64,000 nucleotides of DNA. Source: an uncultured Bacteroidaceae bacterium (GTDB taxonomy: Bacteria; Bacteroidota; Bacteroidia; Bacteroidales; SM23-62). A program made the translations under genes and the position numbers. How positions within the stretch are numbered: position 1 is the stretch's first letter; each line of letters opens with the position of its first letter. Under the pieces are notes generated by a model. It did not search any database and had not been told where the DNA came from. It saw only the letters and a list, made by a program, of their open reading frames with translations. Of the stretch, positions 35,896-46,331 are shown piece after piece. Location of the stretch: positions 28,885 to 92,884 of the forward strand of contig CAYQQR010000006.1 in assembly GCA_964420035.1 (NCBI GenBank), in the 5' to 3' direction.

Positions 35896-38577
35896 GTGTT
35901 CAGAAAGCTGATTCTGTTCCTTTTGTTGGTTTCGTTTACAGGACTCGGTCTTTTGGGTCAGGATAGAAAGATATTCAAGGAAAATTTCCTGGAAGGAGAA
36001 TATTTCTTTCTCAGGGGGGACTTTGAAGAGGCCATTTTCTATTACCGGGAGTGCCTGAAAATGCAGCCTACCAACCACCACATCAAGTTCCTGATCGGAG
36101 CCAGTTATCTTTCTATTTACGGACAGAAAGACAGGGCCATTCCTTTCCTTGAAGATGCCGTGGAAGGAATGTCTTCGGCTTACAGGGAGGGAAACTACCG
36201 GGAGGACCGGGCACCCAGGGAGGCCCTGTTTGCTTTGGCCCGTGCCTATCACATCAACCAGGAGTTTGACAAGGCCATTGAGTATTACAGGCTATACCAG
36301 GATGTGATGCTGATGAAGGATGTCAGCGAGATTGATTATGTGAAGAAGCAGATCAAAGCTTGCGAGCTGGCCCGGGAATTCACCGGTGATCCCCTGGACG
36401 TTCACTTTGTCAATCTGGGGAAGAATGTTAACCATTCACCCGATAATTATCATCCTGTTTTTTCACCGGCCGACAGCACCCTGGTCTACATGTCCAGGCG
36501 GCCTTTTTACAATCCCATCATGATGACCCGGATGGTTGGCGGGGGGTGGATGGAACCCGAAGTGATCAACGATCAGGTAAAGGCGGACGGGGATGTATAT
36601 GTAACCGGAATTTCAAGGGACGGGAAACAACTGATCCTGGCATGGCGCAAGGACCTGGATTATGATCTGTACATTAGCCGAAAGGAAGATGGCCGTTGGC
36701 AGGCGGCCCAACCCATAAAAGGCAGTGTTAATTCCGGCTTCGACGAGTTTCACGCATGCCTGAGTGCAGATGGCAAGCGACTTTATTTTTCCAGCAACCG
36801 CGGGGGAGGGTATGGTGCAAGCGATTTGTATTACAGCGACCTGGGAACGGATGGTACCTGGCGTAAGCCGGTTAACCTGGGAAGAGGCATCAACACCCTG
36901 TATTCGGAAGATGCTCCCTTTATCACTTCCGATGGGAAGAAATTGTTTTTCAGTTCCCAGGGGCATGCCACCATGGGAGGATACGACATCTTTTTTGTCA
37001 GCTTGCTGCCCGACGGACGGTGGTCGGCCCCGTCCAACATCGGATATCCCGTCAATACCCCGGATAATGACCTTTTCTTTTATCCCCTGGACCGGGGAGA
37101 TTACGGATTGTATGCCACCATCAGGGACAGCCTTGACAGCAAAAGGTCCATCTACGCGCTTAACCTGTTTTCAGGGGAGAAGGAAGAACTGGTGACCCTT
37201 CGCGGTTCCGTAAAGTTCCAGGATAATCTGAACGCGGAGATCAATCCGACACGGGTGCATGTCATGGATGAACGTACCCGGGATACCCTTGCAGTACTGG
37301 ATCCGGAACCCATCACCGGCGAATTTTCCCTGGAATTGCCGGAAGGAAGTTATCTTGTAACTACAGAATCATCGGGATATGTTGCCGACAGCCAGAGTAT
37401 TACCGCGGAACCAGGAAGACTGCAGGCAGGGATCTTTATAGAACCCGATCTTAAGCCCGAGAAAGTGGCGCGGGGGGAATATGCCCTGATCCGTAACCTG
37501 CTCTTTGATTTTGACAGTTATGGACTGAACCATGAGGCTAAGATAGAAGCCGAGCGGCTTTTCAGGATCATGGAAGCCAATCCCGGTGTGATGGTTCAGG
37601 TTACCGGTCATACCGATGCTGTCGGTTCTGAGGAGTACAATCTCGAATTATCCAGGAAAAGAGCCCGGTCGGTGGTGGATTACCTGGTTGACTTGGGAAT
37701 CAGCCGGGATCACTTTGTGACGGTGGGCAAAGGTGAAACAGAATCGCTGGCATTAAACACTTCAGCAGAAGGAAGGAAACTGAACCGTAATGTTGAAGTG
37801 AAGCTCATAAATCCTCAGGGGAAGGAGCTGGATGTGAATCAACTTTTCGTGCCCGAGGAACTGAAACCTGTCAGGGAGGAAGCTTATTATGTCCTCCTGA
37901 CCAACGATTATGAACAGCGCCCCGAAGTTCCACAAAATATTGAAGGCTTTGATATCCACATGATCGAAACCGATATCACCAATTTTTACACCATGGGGGG
38001 TACATTGAACAAAATAGATGCTGTGAAGCTGGTCAATGAAGCTTCCGACCAGGGTTTCCCCGATGCACGGATTATCAGCAACCAGGAGATGATGGATATG
38101 GTCAAGCGACTCACCATTTACCGGTCCATACCCAGGGGACCCTTCACCATCCAACTGATGGCTTTGCGAAAAAGGTTGGAACGGGAGAAGTTTGATGAAT
38201 GGAAGGATGTCAGGGAGTACAAGGGCAAGGACCGGCTATTTCGCTATACCCGGGGATACTACGAAGATTATGAATCGGCCAAGGAAGCCTTGTTCGAAGA
38301 GATCGATGCAGACTTTTATGATGCTTTCGTCATGCCCCTGAGTGAATACAATGCAATGGCCGGGGAACAGGGTTTTACCATTCAGCTGGTAGCCACATTA
38401 AAACCCGTGGGGAAAGAATATTTCAACAAGCTCGAAAACCTGTGGGAGGAAAAAAGCGAAGACGGTTTTTACAGGTACCTTACGGGTAGTTTTGCAAGCA
38501 GGAGGGAAGCCGAAATAAAGCTTAAGGAAATCAGGGATATAGGCTATAAAGACGCCTTCGTAAAACGTTATCCCTAA
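35896..38577 (+). CDS. TPR + PD40/TolB-like repeats + OmpA-like domain + three SPOR-like repeats
   Basis: 893 aa with a GTG start. OmpA_C motif NLLFDFDSYGL...TGHTDAVGSEEYNLELSRKRARSV. The C-terminal modules are SPOR-like (FTIQLMAL...FRYTRGYY...YDAFV; FTIQLVAT...YRYLTGSFASRREAE...YKDAFV). Confidence 0.85.
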   Translation: MFRKLILFLLLVSFTGLGLLGQDRKIFKENFLEGEYFFLRGDFEEAIFYYRECLKMQPTNHHIKFLIGASYLSIYGQKDRAIPFLEDAVEGMSSAYREGNYREDRAPREALFALARAYHINQEFDKAIEYYRLYQDVMLMKDVSEIDYVKKQIKACELAREFTGDPLDVHFVNLGKNVNHSPDNYHPVFSPADSTLVYMSRRPFYNPIMMTRMVGGGWMEPEVINDQVKADGDVYVTGISRDGKQLILAWRKDLDYDLYISRKEDGRWQAAQPIKGSVNSGFDEFHACLSADGKRLYFSSNRGGGYGASDLYYSDLGTDGTWRKPVNLGRGINTLYSEDAPFITSDGKKLFFSSQGHATMGGYDIFFVSLLPDGRWSAPSNIGYPVNTPDNDLFFYPLDRGDYGLYATIRDSLDSKRSIYALNLFSGEKEELVTLRGSVKFQDNLNAEINPTRVHVMDERTRDTLAVLDPEPITGEFSLELPEGSYLVTTESSGYVADSQSITAEPGRLQAGIFIEPDLKPEKVARGEYALIRNLLFDFDSYGLNHEAKIEAERLFRIMEANPGVMVQVTGHTDAVGSEEYNLELSRKRARSVVDYLVDLGISRDHFVTVGKGETESLALNTSAEGRKLNRNVEVKLINPQGKELDVNQLFVPEELKPVREEAYYVLLTNDYEQRPEVPQNIEGFDIHMIETDITNFYTMGGTLNKIDAVKLVNEASDQGFPDARIISNQEMMDMVKRLTIYRSIPRGPFTIQLMALRKRLEREKFDEWKDVREYKGKDRLFRYTRGYYEDYESAKEALFEEIDADFYDAFVMPLSEYNAMAGEQGFTIQLVATLKPVGKEYFNKLENLWEEKSEDGFYRYLTGSFASRREAEIKLKEIRDIGYKDAFVKRYP

Positions 38578-38588
38578 GTCATTACCTG

Positions 38589-39161
38589 TTATTTCCTCCT
38601 TTTTAGCAGGCGTTTTCTTGTTGACAAAGGTGCCTGCAATTGGGCTGCATAACTCTTACTGACAAAGCGGATATCTTCTATGGTATAAAATGCCCGGGGG
38701 TTATACTGCTGGATGATCTCAATGGTTTCCTTAAGCTGGTTGCGGTTAACGATGGTGTACAATACCCCAACTTCCCCTTCCGAGCCTTCTGCCGGTATAT
38801 ATGTAACACCGAATCCTTTTTCATGCAGGACATTCCGAAGGTCCATCGCGTCCCTGCGCGTGACGACCCGGACCATTTCCAGACCGATCGCCAGTTTTTC
38901 CTCGATGATCATTCCCACGTAACTACCCATGGCAAATCCACCGGCATAGGCAAGATAGTATACCCAATTGTCGATGTGCCGGATGATCTTGCTGATGGCA
39001 ATGATCCATATCAGGATCTCAACGAAGCCAAGTAAGGGGGCCAACTTTTTGTAACCCTTTGCTATAAAGACGATACGCAGGGTGCCCAGACTGACATCCA
39101 GGATCCTTGCCGTGAAGATCAGCAATGGAATGGCAATATAGGTTATGATCCATTCTTCCAT
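38589..39161 (-). CDS. UPF0316 / DUF2179 family membrane protein
   Basis: 190 aa with three N-terminal TM helices (RILDVSLGTLRIVFIAKG) and a C-terminal soluble DUF2179-like domain. Confidence 0.75.
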   Translation of the reverse strand: MEEWIITYIAIPLLIFTARILDVSLGTLRIVFIAKGYKKLAPLLGFVEILIWIIAISKIIRHIDNWVYYLAYAGGFAMGSYVGMIIEEKLAIGLEMVRVVTRRDAMDLRNVLHEKGFGVTYIPAEGSEGEVGVLYTIVNRNQLKETIEIIQQYNPRAFYTIEDIRFVSKSYAAQLQAPLSTRKRLLKRRK

Positions 39162-39272
39162 AATTCAAATAAAAGCATTGCGAAGTTAGTCAGAAAGTAG
39201 ATTCATTTAATCACACGCTCGATATTTTGAGCTGATCCTATTGGAAGATGAGAAGATGAAAGGGAACTTGAT

Positions 39273-39644
39273 TCAACTTTGAATGGCCTTTATATCGAAG
39301 GGTACATGAATGATGGCACTCAGATCTTTCCCAAGATCGTGCATGGCTTCGTCTTCGGGATCATAGAGCCATTCGACAGTGATCTTTTTACCCTCCTGGT
39401 AAGCTTTTTCAAAAATAGAAAGGATGGTCGTCAGGTATTTCTTTGAACCGCTGTTCACATAGTCCAGGTGAATGAAGATACTGGTTTCTCCGGTATGTTC
39501 GGCCAGGTATTCATGGATCTTCCTGATAACGGGATCAAAGAATTCAAAAGCATCTTCCGGTATGGACCTGCCGTTGATATGGACCTTTCCGGGACATATG
39601 TTGATCGCAGGTGTATTTTTTGTGGGGTTTATACTTAGTTTCAT
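39273..39644 (-). CDS. DUF1987 / SiaC-like partner-switch protein
   Basis: 123 aa. The pattern INGRSIPEDAFEFFDPV...LDYVNSGSKKYL...VEWLYDPEDE is typical of DUF1987, by recall. Confidence 0.7.
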   Translation of the reverse strand: MKLSINPTKNTPAINICPGKVHINGRSIPEDAFEFFDPVIRKIHEYLAEHTGETSIFIHLDYVNSGSKKYLTTILSIFEKAYQEGKKITVEWLYDPEDEAMHDLGKDLSAIIHVPFDIKAIQS

Positions 39645-39724
39645 GGTTTTAGGGCATTCGTCTAAAGGTAAGACTAAAATTTTTTAAGACCAATTGAAAA
39701 AACCCGCGGAATATCCACAATTCT

Positions 39725-39979
39725 TTAAGAACGGCTTGGTCTGTAAAACAAATTGGGCTCATCTTCGAAGAAAAGAGAGGGATAATCCTTTAATACGGTT
39801 GTCATGATGGTTTCACGCATAAACCTGGATTTATTCTTGATCCTGAATTTCTTACAGTATCGGTCTATGGCGCGCATTTCGCGGTTGTTGAAGAGCAGGG
39901 CTTGGCGGTTGATCCTTTTTAAATTGATGTCTTTAGCTTTTTTGCGTCTGAACGTCATGAAAACACGGTCTTGATGCAC
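39725..39979 (-). CDS. Hypothetical small basic protein (possibly ribbon-helix-helix-like)
   Basis: 84-aa ORF with an alternative ATG at 39958. It lies upstream of the flippase on the same strand. I recognise no family. Confidence 0.4.
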   Translation of the reverse strand: MHQDRVFMTFRRKKAKDINLKRINRQALLFNNREMRAIDRYCKKFRIKNKSRFMRETIMTTVLKDYPSLFFEDEPNLFYRPSRS

Positions 39980-40063
39980 GCTGTAAAAATAAGTCTTTAA
40001 GCAGGTACCGCTAATTGGCAGTAAACGAAAGAACTAACATTTTGCTAACAATAAGGCATTTAT

Positions 40064-41518
40064 TTAAGTTTCTTCCGCGGTCCTGTCCCGGATCAACCGG
40101 AAAAGATCCCTCAAACGGATCCATCTTATCAGGAAGGGAAAAAGAGCTCCGGCGGCAATGGGAACCAAGAAACCTGCAAGTTTATCTTCTATATGTTGCT
40201 TGCTGAAGAACGAGACCATGATCAGCAAAACAGACAGCAGGATAAAACGGCCTATCAGGGTGTAATTCAATTTCATTTTGAACATGCCTGCAGAAAGGAT
40301 CACCTGCCCCATGGCCATGAAAAACTGGGTGGCCAGACTGGAGACAGCCGCACCGAAGGCTTTGTATGAAGGGATGAGCAGGGCATTCAGACTGATATTC
40401 ATAACCACGGCCATGAAGGCAAGCAGGTTCAGTTGTTTGAGGTTCCCGTTGGCCGTAAGCAGGGTCCCGAAAATATAGATTGTGGAGATGCATAAAAATC
40501 CACCCATGTGCAGGGGGAAAAGCCGTGCAGCCACTTCGGGCCGGTCCTCGTACAGGAGCGAAATGATGTTACCGTTATAGAAAAGGGACAGGCTGAAAAG
40601 GGTAAGGGCAGGTACCATGATCAGGCTGAAGGAAAGTTTTAGTATTTCCGAGATGTTCTCTTCTTGTTTGATCATCCTGGAAAAAATAGGCAACAACAAT
40701 CCGGCAAAAAGAAAGGCAAACATCCCCGCGGCATCCAGGATCCTGAAACTTTGAGCATAATAGCCGGCTTGTGCTTTGCCATCAGGAAGCAAACGTTCCA
40801 GCATCACGGAATCGATCCTGTTGTAAAAAGCCATCAGCAGGATCAGGAGGGCAAAAGGATAGCTGCTTCTGAGGATATTTTTGAACAAGGACAGGTTGAC
40901 GGTGGGTTTAAAGAACCCGGACCTGGACCATACGATCAGAAAAGCGGTCAGGGCAGTCAGAAGATAAGCCAGGGTTTGTGAATACACGAACCATTCGATC
41001 CGGAAGGGTGCATCCACCAGCCGGGACCAAAGCAGGAAACCGCAAAATATGCTGGCCAGGATACGGTCCAGGATCGATAAAAAACTGTCGGTCCTGAAAT
41101 AATGCAGGCCCGAGATGTTCGACCTCAGGTACAAGATGAATGAAGCCAGGAACTGATTAAGGATCAGCAATAGCAGCATTTTGATCTGTGCCTGGTCGTA
41201 ACCTATGGATAAACCGGCCAGTATGCAAACCAGCAAATAAAAGATTCCCAGCAGGAACTTCAATACGACGATCCCCGAGAAATGTGCGGAAAGATCTTTG
41301 GGATCCCGGGCAATATGCCTGTTATTGTAATTGGTGATACCCAGGTCCAGCAGGATATTGAGCATCAGGCTGAAACCAAAGAGGGAAAAATAAAAGCCAT
41401 AATCAGCCGAACCCACGGTATTTTGAACACTGATCTCAATACCAAAAATCCAGAAAGGTTTGACCAGGAGGTTCAGGGTCAGGACCAGGATCAGGTTTGT
41501 TACGAATTTACGCTTCAC
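40064..41518 (-). CDS. Oligosaccharide/polysaccharide flippase (Wzx-like, MOP superfamily)
   Basis: 484 aa with about 12-14 hydrophobic helices, typical of polysaccharide biosynthesis flippases. It lies next to a glycosyltransferase. Confidence 0.8.
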   Translation of the reverse strand: MKRKFVTNLILVLTLNLLVKPFWIFGIEISVQNTVGSADYGFYFSLFGFSLMLNILLDLGITNYNNRHIARDPKDLSAHFSGIVVLKFLLGIFYLLVCILAGLSIGYDQAQIKMLLLLILNQFLASFILYLRSNISGLHYFRTDSFLSILDRILASIFCGFLLWSRLVDAPFRIEWFVYSQTLAYLLTALTAFLIVWSRSGFFKPTVNLSLFKNILRSSYPFALLILLMAFYNRIDSVMLERLLPDGKAQAGYYAQSFRILDAAGMFAFLFAGLLLPIFSRMIKQEENISEILKLSFSLIMVPALTLFSLSLFYNGNIISLLYEDRPEVAARLFPLHMGGFLCISTIYIFGTLLTANGNLKQLNLLAFMAVVMNISLNALLIPSYKAFGAAVSSLATQFFMAMGQVILSAGMFKMKLNYTLIGRFILLSVLLIMVSFFSKQHIEDKLAGFLVPIAAGALFPFLIRWIRLRDLFRLIRDRTAEET

Positions 41519-41641
41519 TGATTTGGTAAGGATATAGGGCCGAAATTAAGAAATTGATTGAATAATACTCCTGAAGAAAGCCACTAAAAAATTTTGTCAT
41601 GCGTTTGAAATCATCTAAGTTGCTCCTCAATTTAGTTCTTT

Positions 41642-42769
41642 ATGCGAATCGCGGTTAATACCCGGTTGCTTTTATCCGGCAGACTGGAGGGCATAGGTTG
41701 GTTCAGCCATGAGACCCTGAAAAGGATGGTCCGGAAGCATCCGGAACATGAGTTTATATTCTTTTTTGACCGGGACTGGGATCCGCAATTTATCTATGGG
41801 GATAATGTTATCCCGCGGCGACTCTTCCCCCCGGCCCGGCATCCACTCCTGTGGTATACCTGGTTCGAATGGGTTTTGCCCGGCGCTTTAAAAAAAATGA
41901 AGGCAGACCTGTTTTACAGTCCGGACAGTTATATAAGTCTGCGCTCCCCCGTGCCCCAGGTTTGTGTGATGCATGACCTGAACTTCGTACACCGGCCCTT
42001 GGACCTTCCTTTACTGACCCGGCAATACTATAGTTATTTTTTCAGGCGATATGCCCGAAAGGCAGCCAGGATCATAACCGTATCGGAGCATTCAAAGCAG
42101 GATATCATAAACAATTATCAGGTTCCGGCCAACCGCATCGACGTAGTATACAATGGTGCCCAGGAGATATACAGGCCGGTGAGTGATGAGGTTAAGAAAG
42201 CTGTGCGCCGGGAATTCAGCGGAGGCAAGCCCTATTTTGTATTTATCGGCTCCATCCATCCCAGAAAGAACGTGGAGCGTTTGCTGGCCGCATTCGAAAA
42301 GTTCCGTGACAAGTGCCCGCGGGAACATAAATTATTGATCGTAGGTTCCCCCATGTTTAAAACCGGCAGGGTTAATCGTGTATTGAAAAAAATGCAGTAC
42401 TGCAGGGACGTTCATTTTACGGGTAGACTGGAACCCGTAGATCTTCACCGGGTGCTGGGATCGGCCAGGGCCCTGACTTTTGTACCCCTTTTCGAAGGAT
42501 TCGGTATACCCGTTGTGGAAGCCATGTATTGTGATGTTCCGGTACTGACCTCAAATACCACCTCGCTGCCGGAGGTTGCCGGTGATGCCGCTTTGATGGT
42601 GGATCCCCTTGATGTCGATGCCATTGCCGGGGGAATGCAAAAACTGGTGGAAGACCCTGAATCGCGTAATTCACTGATCGAAAAAGGCAGGGTACAAAGA
42701 AAAAAATTCAGTTGGGATAAAACGGCAGAGGGTGTGTGGGGGTCAATACAGCAGGTTATTGGAAGTTAA
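41642..42769 (+). CDS. Glycosyltransferase, GT4 (GT-B fold, family 1 type)
   Basis: 375 aa with the C-terminal GT1 motif FVPLFEGFGIPVVEAMYCDVPVLTSNTTSLPEVAGDAA. Confidence 0.88.
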   Translation: MRIAVNTRLLLSGRLEGIGWFSHETLKRMVRKHPEHEFIFFFDRDWDPQFIYGDNVIPRRLFPPARHPLLWYTWFEWVLPGALKKMKADLFYSPDSYISLRSPVPQVCVMHDLNFVHRPLDLPLLTRQYYSYFFRRYARKAARIITVSEHSKQDIINNYQVPANRIDVVYNGAQEIYRPVSDEVKKAVRREFSGGKPYFVFIGSIHPRKNVERLLAAFEKFRDKCPREHKLLIVGSPMFKTGRVNRVLKKMQYCRDVHFTGRLEPVDLHRVLGSARALTFVPLFEGFGIPVVEAMYCDVPVLTSNTTSLPEVAGDAALMVDPLDVDAIAGGMQKLVEDPESRNSLIEKGRVQRKKFSWDKTAEGVWGSIQQVIGS

Positions 42770-42820
42770 GGAGCGGGAGGTAAGGAATGAATTGGAAATA
42801 TGGGTATGGATATTTATTGT

Positions 42821-42909
42821 AATTGGTGGTAATTGATTGTAAATTGGTGGTAATTTGTTGTAATAGGTGGTTCAAATAAAACAACGAATAACAACCAATA
42901 ACCATAAAT
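42821..42909. repeat. Cryptic 10-11-nt-period tract with an inverted-sense second half
   Basis: The first half reads aattggtggt aattgattgt aaattggtggt aatttgttgt aataggtggtt. The second half, aacaacgaat aacaaccaat aaccataaat, is roughly the complement sense. Confidence 0.8.
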
Positions 42910-42926
42910 ATCCCTTAGACAAGGAT

Positions 42927-43535
42927 ATGTCTCTGAACTGGACATACGACATCGCAACTTCACCAATCGCCGGGGTGGATGAATCCGGCCGGGGTTGTTT
43001 GGCGGGTCCTGTTTTTGCGGCCGCGGTAATCCTTCCCGGGGATTACAGGAACCCCGGGCTGAACGATTCCAAATTGCTGGGACCGGGCACGCGCGAAAAA
43101 CTCCGCGGGGAGATCGAAGCCAATGCTTTGGCCTGCAAAGTGGCTATGGCCCTGCCGGGAGAAATCGACAAGATGAATATTTTAAGGGCTTCTATACTCG
43201 CTATGCACCGTGCCCTGGAAGCCCTAAGCATAGCACCCGATCACATTCTCGTGGATGGAAATTATTTTAATCCTTTTCGGCAAATTCCTTTTTCAACGGT
43301 CATCGGGGGCGATGGCTCTTATGCTTGTATTGCCGCGGCATCCATTCTGGCAAAGACATACAGGGATGAATACATGATGGAACTTCATGCCAGGCACCCC
43401 TTATATCATTGGGACAGGAACAAAGGCTATGCTACTGCAGCACACCGGGAGGCCTTGAAGGAGCACGGACCGACTTCTTATCACAGGAAGAGTTTTCAAT
43501 TATTGCCGGGCCAATATCGACTTCCCTTTGAATAA
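42927..43535 (+). CDS. rnhB: Ribonuclease HII
   Basis: Start taken at MSLNWTYD. Catalytic motif GVDESGRGCLAGPV, plus DSKLL and the C-terminal KGYAT..H. Confidence 0.9.
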   Translation: MSLNWTYDIATSPIAGVDESGRGCLAGPVFAAAVILPGDYRNPGLNDSKLLGPGTREKLRGEIEANALACKVAMALPGEIDKMNILRASILAMHRALEALSIAPDHILVDGNYFNPFRQIPFSTVIGGDGSYACIAAASILAKTYRDEYMMELHARHPLYHWDRNKGYATAAHREALKEHGPTSYHRKSFQLLPGQYRLPFE

Positions 43536-43645
43536 GAATATATTTCTTTGGACACAAAGGATCGATCTGAATAAATTCTTTATTATTTTCATCCTAAGTT
43601 TCATATTATCGCGTTTCTTAACATTAGCCCTAAAATAATTTCATC

Positions 43646-45802
43646 ATGTTCAAAATTACTATTTGGGCGGCCATTTTGTGGATTACCCTTATTTCCTCTG
43701 TCCGGGCTGATGAGGGTATGTGGCTGCTGCCCCTGATCGAATCGGTCAACATGGAGGAAATGACTTCCATGGGGCTGGAACTGAATATCGAAGACATTTA
43801 TAATGTCAACCATTCCAGTCTTAAAGATGCCGTGGTCGCACTGGACTATGGAGGTTGTACGGCCGAGTTTATTTCCTCGAATGGTTTGCTGTTAACCAAT
43901 CACCATTGTGCTTATTCGGATATACAGATCCATTCTACACTGGAGAAGGATTATCTGTCCAATGGTTTCTGGGCTGCATCTTATGACGAAGAGCTGCCCA
44001 ACAAAGGCAAAACCGTGTCCCGCCTGGTAAGAATGGAGCGTGTGACCGACCGGGTCAGCTCTGTCCTGAACGAATATATGAGCGAACAGGAACGGGAAGA
44101 CGCTATTGATTTTATTTCGGAAACCATTGAAAAGGAAGCAACGAAAGGCACCCATCATGAGGCTTTTGTCCGCTCATTCTATGAAGGAAACGAGTATTAC
44201 CTCGTGCTTGTAGAAACTTTCAAGGATGTCAGGCTGGTGGGAGCACCGCCGGAGGACATTGGTAAATTCGGGTTTGAAACCGACAACTGGATGTGGCCCC
44301 GTCATACCGGCGATTTTTCCCTTTACCGGGTTTACGTCGCCCCGGACGGATCCCCTGCCGAATATTCACCCGACAATGTTCCCTATGAACCCCTGCATCA
44401 TCTGCCGGTTTCCCTGAAAGGATTTGAAGAAGGTGATTTTGCCATGATCCTCGGATTCCCGGGCAGAACCGATCGCTATCTTACTTCCCACGGGGTTGAG
44501 GAACTGCTTGAAATAACCCATCCAAACCGTATACGCGTTCGCGGATTGAGGCAAAAGCTAATGATGGAAGATATGCTTTCAAGTGAGAAGATACGTCTGC
44601 AGTATGCAGATAAATATGATAAATCCAGCAACTACTGGAAGTATTCCATCGGACAAAGTGAAGGATTAAAGAATCTCAATGTAATTGAAAAGAAAAGAAA
44701 AGAAGAAGAAGTCTTCCGGGAATGGGTGACCAAAGACCCGGAACGGCAGAAAAAATACGGGGAAGTACTGGAAACGATCTCAAGTTCGATACGGGCAAGA
44801 AAAGAGTATAAACATGCCGCACAATATCTGGCAGAGGCCCTTTTCAACGGGATTGAAATCACCACTTTTGCCATTGAATCCTTTCCACTCTATATAGCAT
44901 TGATGGAAAATCCGGATGATCCGGAAAAGATCAGGGAAACAAGCATGGAGTTAAGACCGGGGGCCGAAGAGTTTTTTAAAAATTATAACCAGCCCACCGA
45001 CAAAAAGATAGCCGTTCAAATGTTACAGCTTTTTGTTGATAACGTGGATGAATCAATGCACCCTGATGTTTTTGCCATCATCAACAATAAATACCGTGGA
45101 AATTTTGAGAAGTATATGGATAAACTGTTCAGGAAAAGTGTCTTTGCTGACCCGGAAAAACTGGACGAGTTTTATGATTCCCCGGAGATAAAGGTTTTCG
45201 AGAAAGATATGGCTTTTCAGACGGTTCTATCCTTTTACAGAAAATATTTCGAGCTTATCTCTTTAAGCGAAGAATACGATAACCGTATCAATAAAGCCCG
45301 ATGGTTGTATCTGGAAGCTTTAATGGAAATGCACCCGGAAAAAAACTTTTACCCGGATGCCAATTCCACCATGCGCCTTACTTATGGTACCGTAGGGGAT
45401 TATAAAGCCAGGGATGCCGTGTATTATGATTACTATACAACACTCAAAGGGGTAATGGAAAAAGAAGATCCCGACAGTCATGAATTCCAGGTTCCCGAAG
45501 GGCTTAAGGAGCTTTATGCAGCAAAAGATTTCGGACCCTATGGAATGAATGGACGAATGCCCGTTTGTTTCATTACAAACAACGACATTACCGGTGGTAA
45601 TTCGGGAAGCCCGGTGATCAACGGCAAAGGGGAACTCATTGGTACCGCTTTCGACGGGAACTGGGAAGCAATGAGCGGAGACGTAGCTTTTGAACCGGAT
45701 ATACAGAAAACCATTTCTGTAGATATCCGCTATGTATTGTTTGTCATTGAAAAATATGCCGGCGCCCGGAATTTAATTAATGAAATGACCATAGTACAGT
45801 GA
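43646..45802 (+). CDS. S46 family dipeptidyl-peptidase (DPP7/DPP11 type)
   Basis: 718 aa with a signal peptide followed by ADEGMWLL. It has a catalytic His context TNHHCAY and a Ser context GGNSGSPV. Confidence 0.9.
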   Translation: MFKITIWAAILWITLISSVRADEGMWLLPLIESVNMEEMTSMGLELNIEDIYNVNHSSLKDAVVALDYGGCTAEFISSNGLLLTNHHCAYSDIQIHSTLEKDYLSNGFWAASYDEELPNKGKTVSRLVRMERVTDRVSSVLNEYMSEQEREDAIDFISETIEKEATKGTHHEAFVRSFYEGNEYYLVLVETFKDVRLVGAPPEDIGKFGFETDNWMWPRHTGDFSLYRVYVAPDGSPAEYSPDNVPYEPLHHLPVSLKGFEEGDFAMILGFPGRTDRYLTSHGVEELLEITHPNRIRVRGLRQKLMMEDMLSSEKIRLQYADKYDKSSNYWKYSIGQSEGLKNLNVIEKKRKEEEVFREWVTKDPERQKKYGEVLETISSSIRARKEYKHAAQYLAEALFNGIEITTFAIESFPLYIALMENPDDPEKIRETSMELRPGAEEFFKNYNQPTDKKIAVQMLQLFVDNVDESMHPDVFAIINNKYRGNFEKYMDKLFRKSVFADPEKLDEFYDSPEIKVFEKDMAFQTVLSFYRKYFELISLSEEYDNRINKARWLYLEALMEMHPEKNFYPDANSTMRLTYGTVGDYKARDAVYYDYYTTLKGVMEKEDPDSHEFQVPEGLKELYAAKDFGPYGMNGRMPVCFITNNDITGGNSGSPVINGKGELIGTAFDGNWEAMSGDVAFEPDIQKTISVDIRYVLFVIEKYAGARNLINEMTIVQ

Positions 45803-46260
45803 TTGAGATCTATACCGACGGAGCTGCCCGGGGCAATCCAGGTCCGGGCGGCTATGGCGTTGTTATGAAATACAAAAACCACAGGAAGGAAATATCGGAA
45901 GGTTTTATCCGGACCACCAACAACCGTATGGAACTTATGGCTGTCATCGCGGCCCTTGAAGCACTGAAAAAAAAACCCTCAAGCGGGGTAATCTATACCG
46001 ATTCCAGATATATCTCCGAAGCCGTCAACAAGGGCTGGGTTTTCCAGTGGGAACGCAAACAGTTTAAAAAGAAAAAAAACATCGACCTTTGGAAGCGTTT
46101 TCTCACGATATACCGGCAACATGATTTCAAATTGGTATGGATTAAGGGACATGATCAAATCCCTGAAAATGAACGCTGTGATCAACTTGCAGTGGAGGCC
46201 AGCAAGAAGCCAAATCTGAAGAAGGATACCGGTTTGGAAGAGGAGAATCGCCTTTTTTAA
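45799..46260 (+). CDS. rnhA: Ribonuclease HI
   Basis: 153 aa with motifs YTDGAARGNPGPGGYG, TNNRMEL and DS.Y. The GTG start overlaps the DPP stop (GTGA). Confidence 0.9.
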   Translation: MIEIYTDGAARGNPGPGGYGVVMKYKNHRKEISEGFIRTTNNRMELMAVIAALEALKKKPSSGVIYTDSRYISEAVNKGWVFQWERKQFKKKKNIDLWKRFLTIYRQHDFKLVWIKGHDQIPENERCDQLAVEASKKPNLKKDTGLEEENRLF

Positions 46261-46331
46261 ACTTTTTTATTTTCTTTAATCCAGTTTGTTTTATATTTAT
46301 GTATTCTAGCACAACCATATGATCATCCAGG

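Noticed and set aside
39162-39272. A short gaagatga x2 repeat in the DUF2179/DUF1987 spacer.
   Set aside because: There are only two units, so it cannot be distinguished from chance. I did not count it among the periodic tracts.
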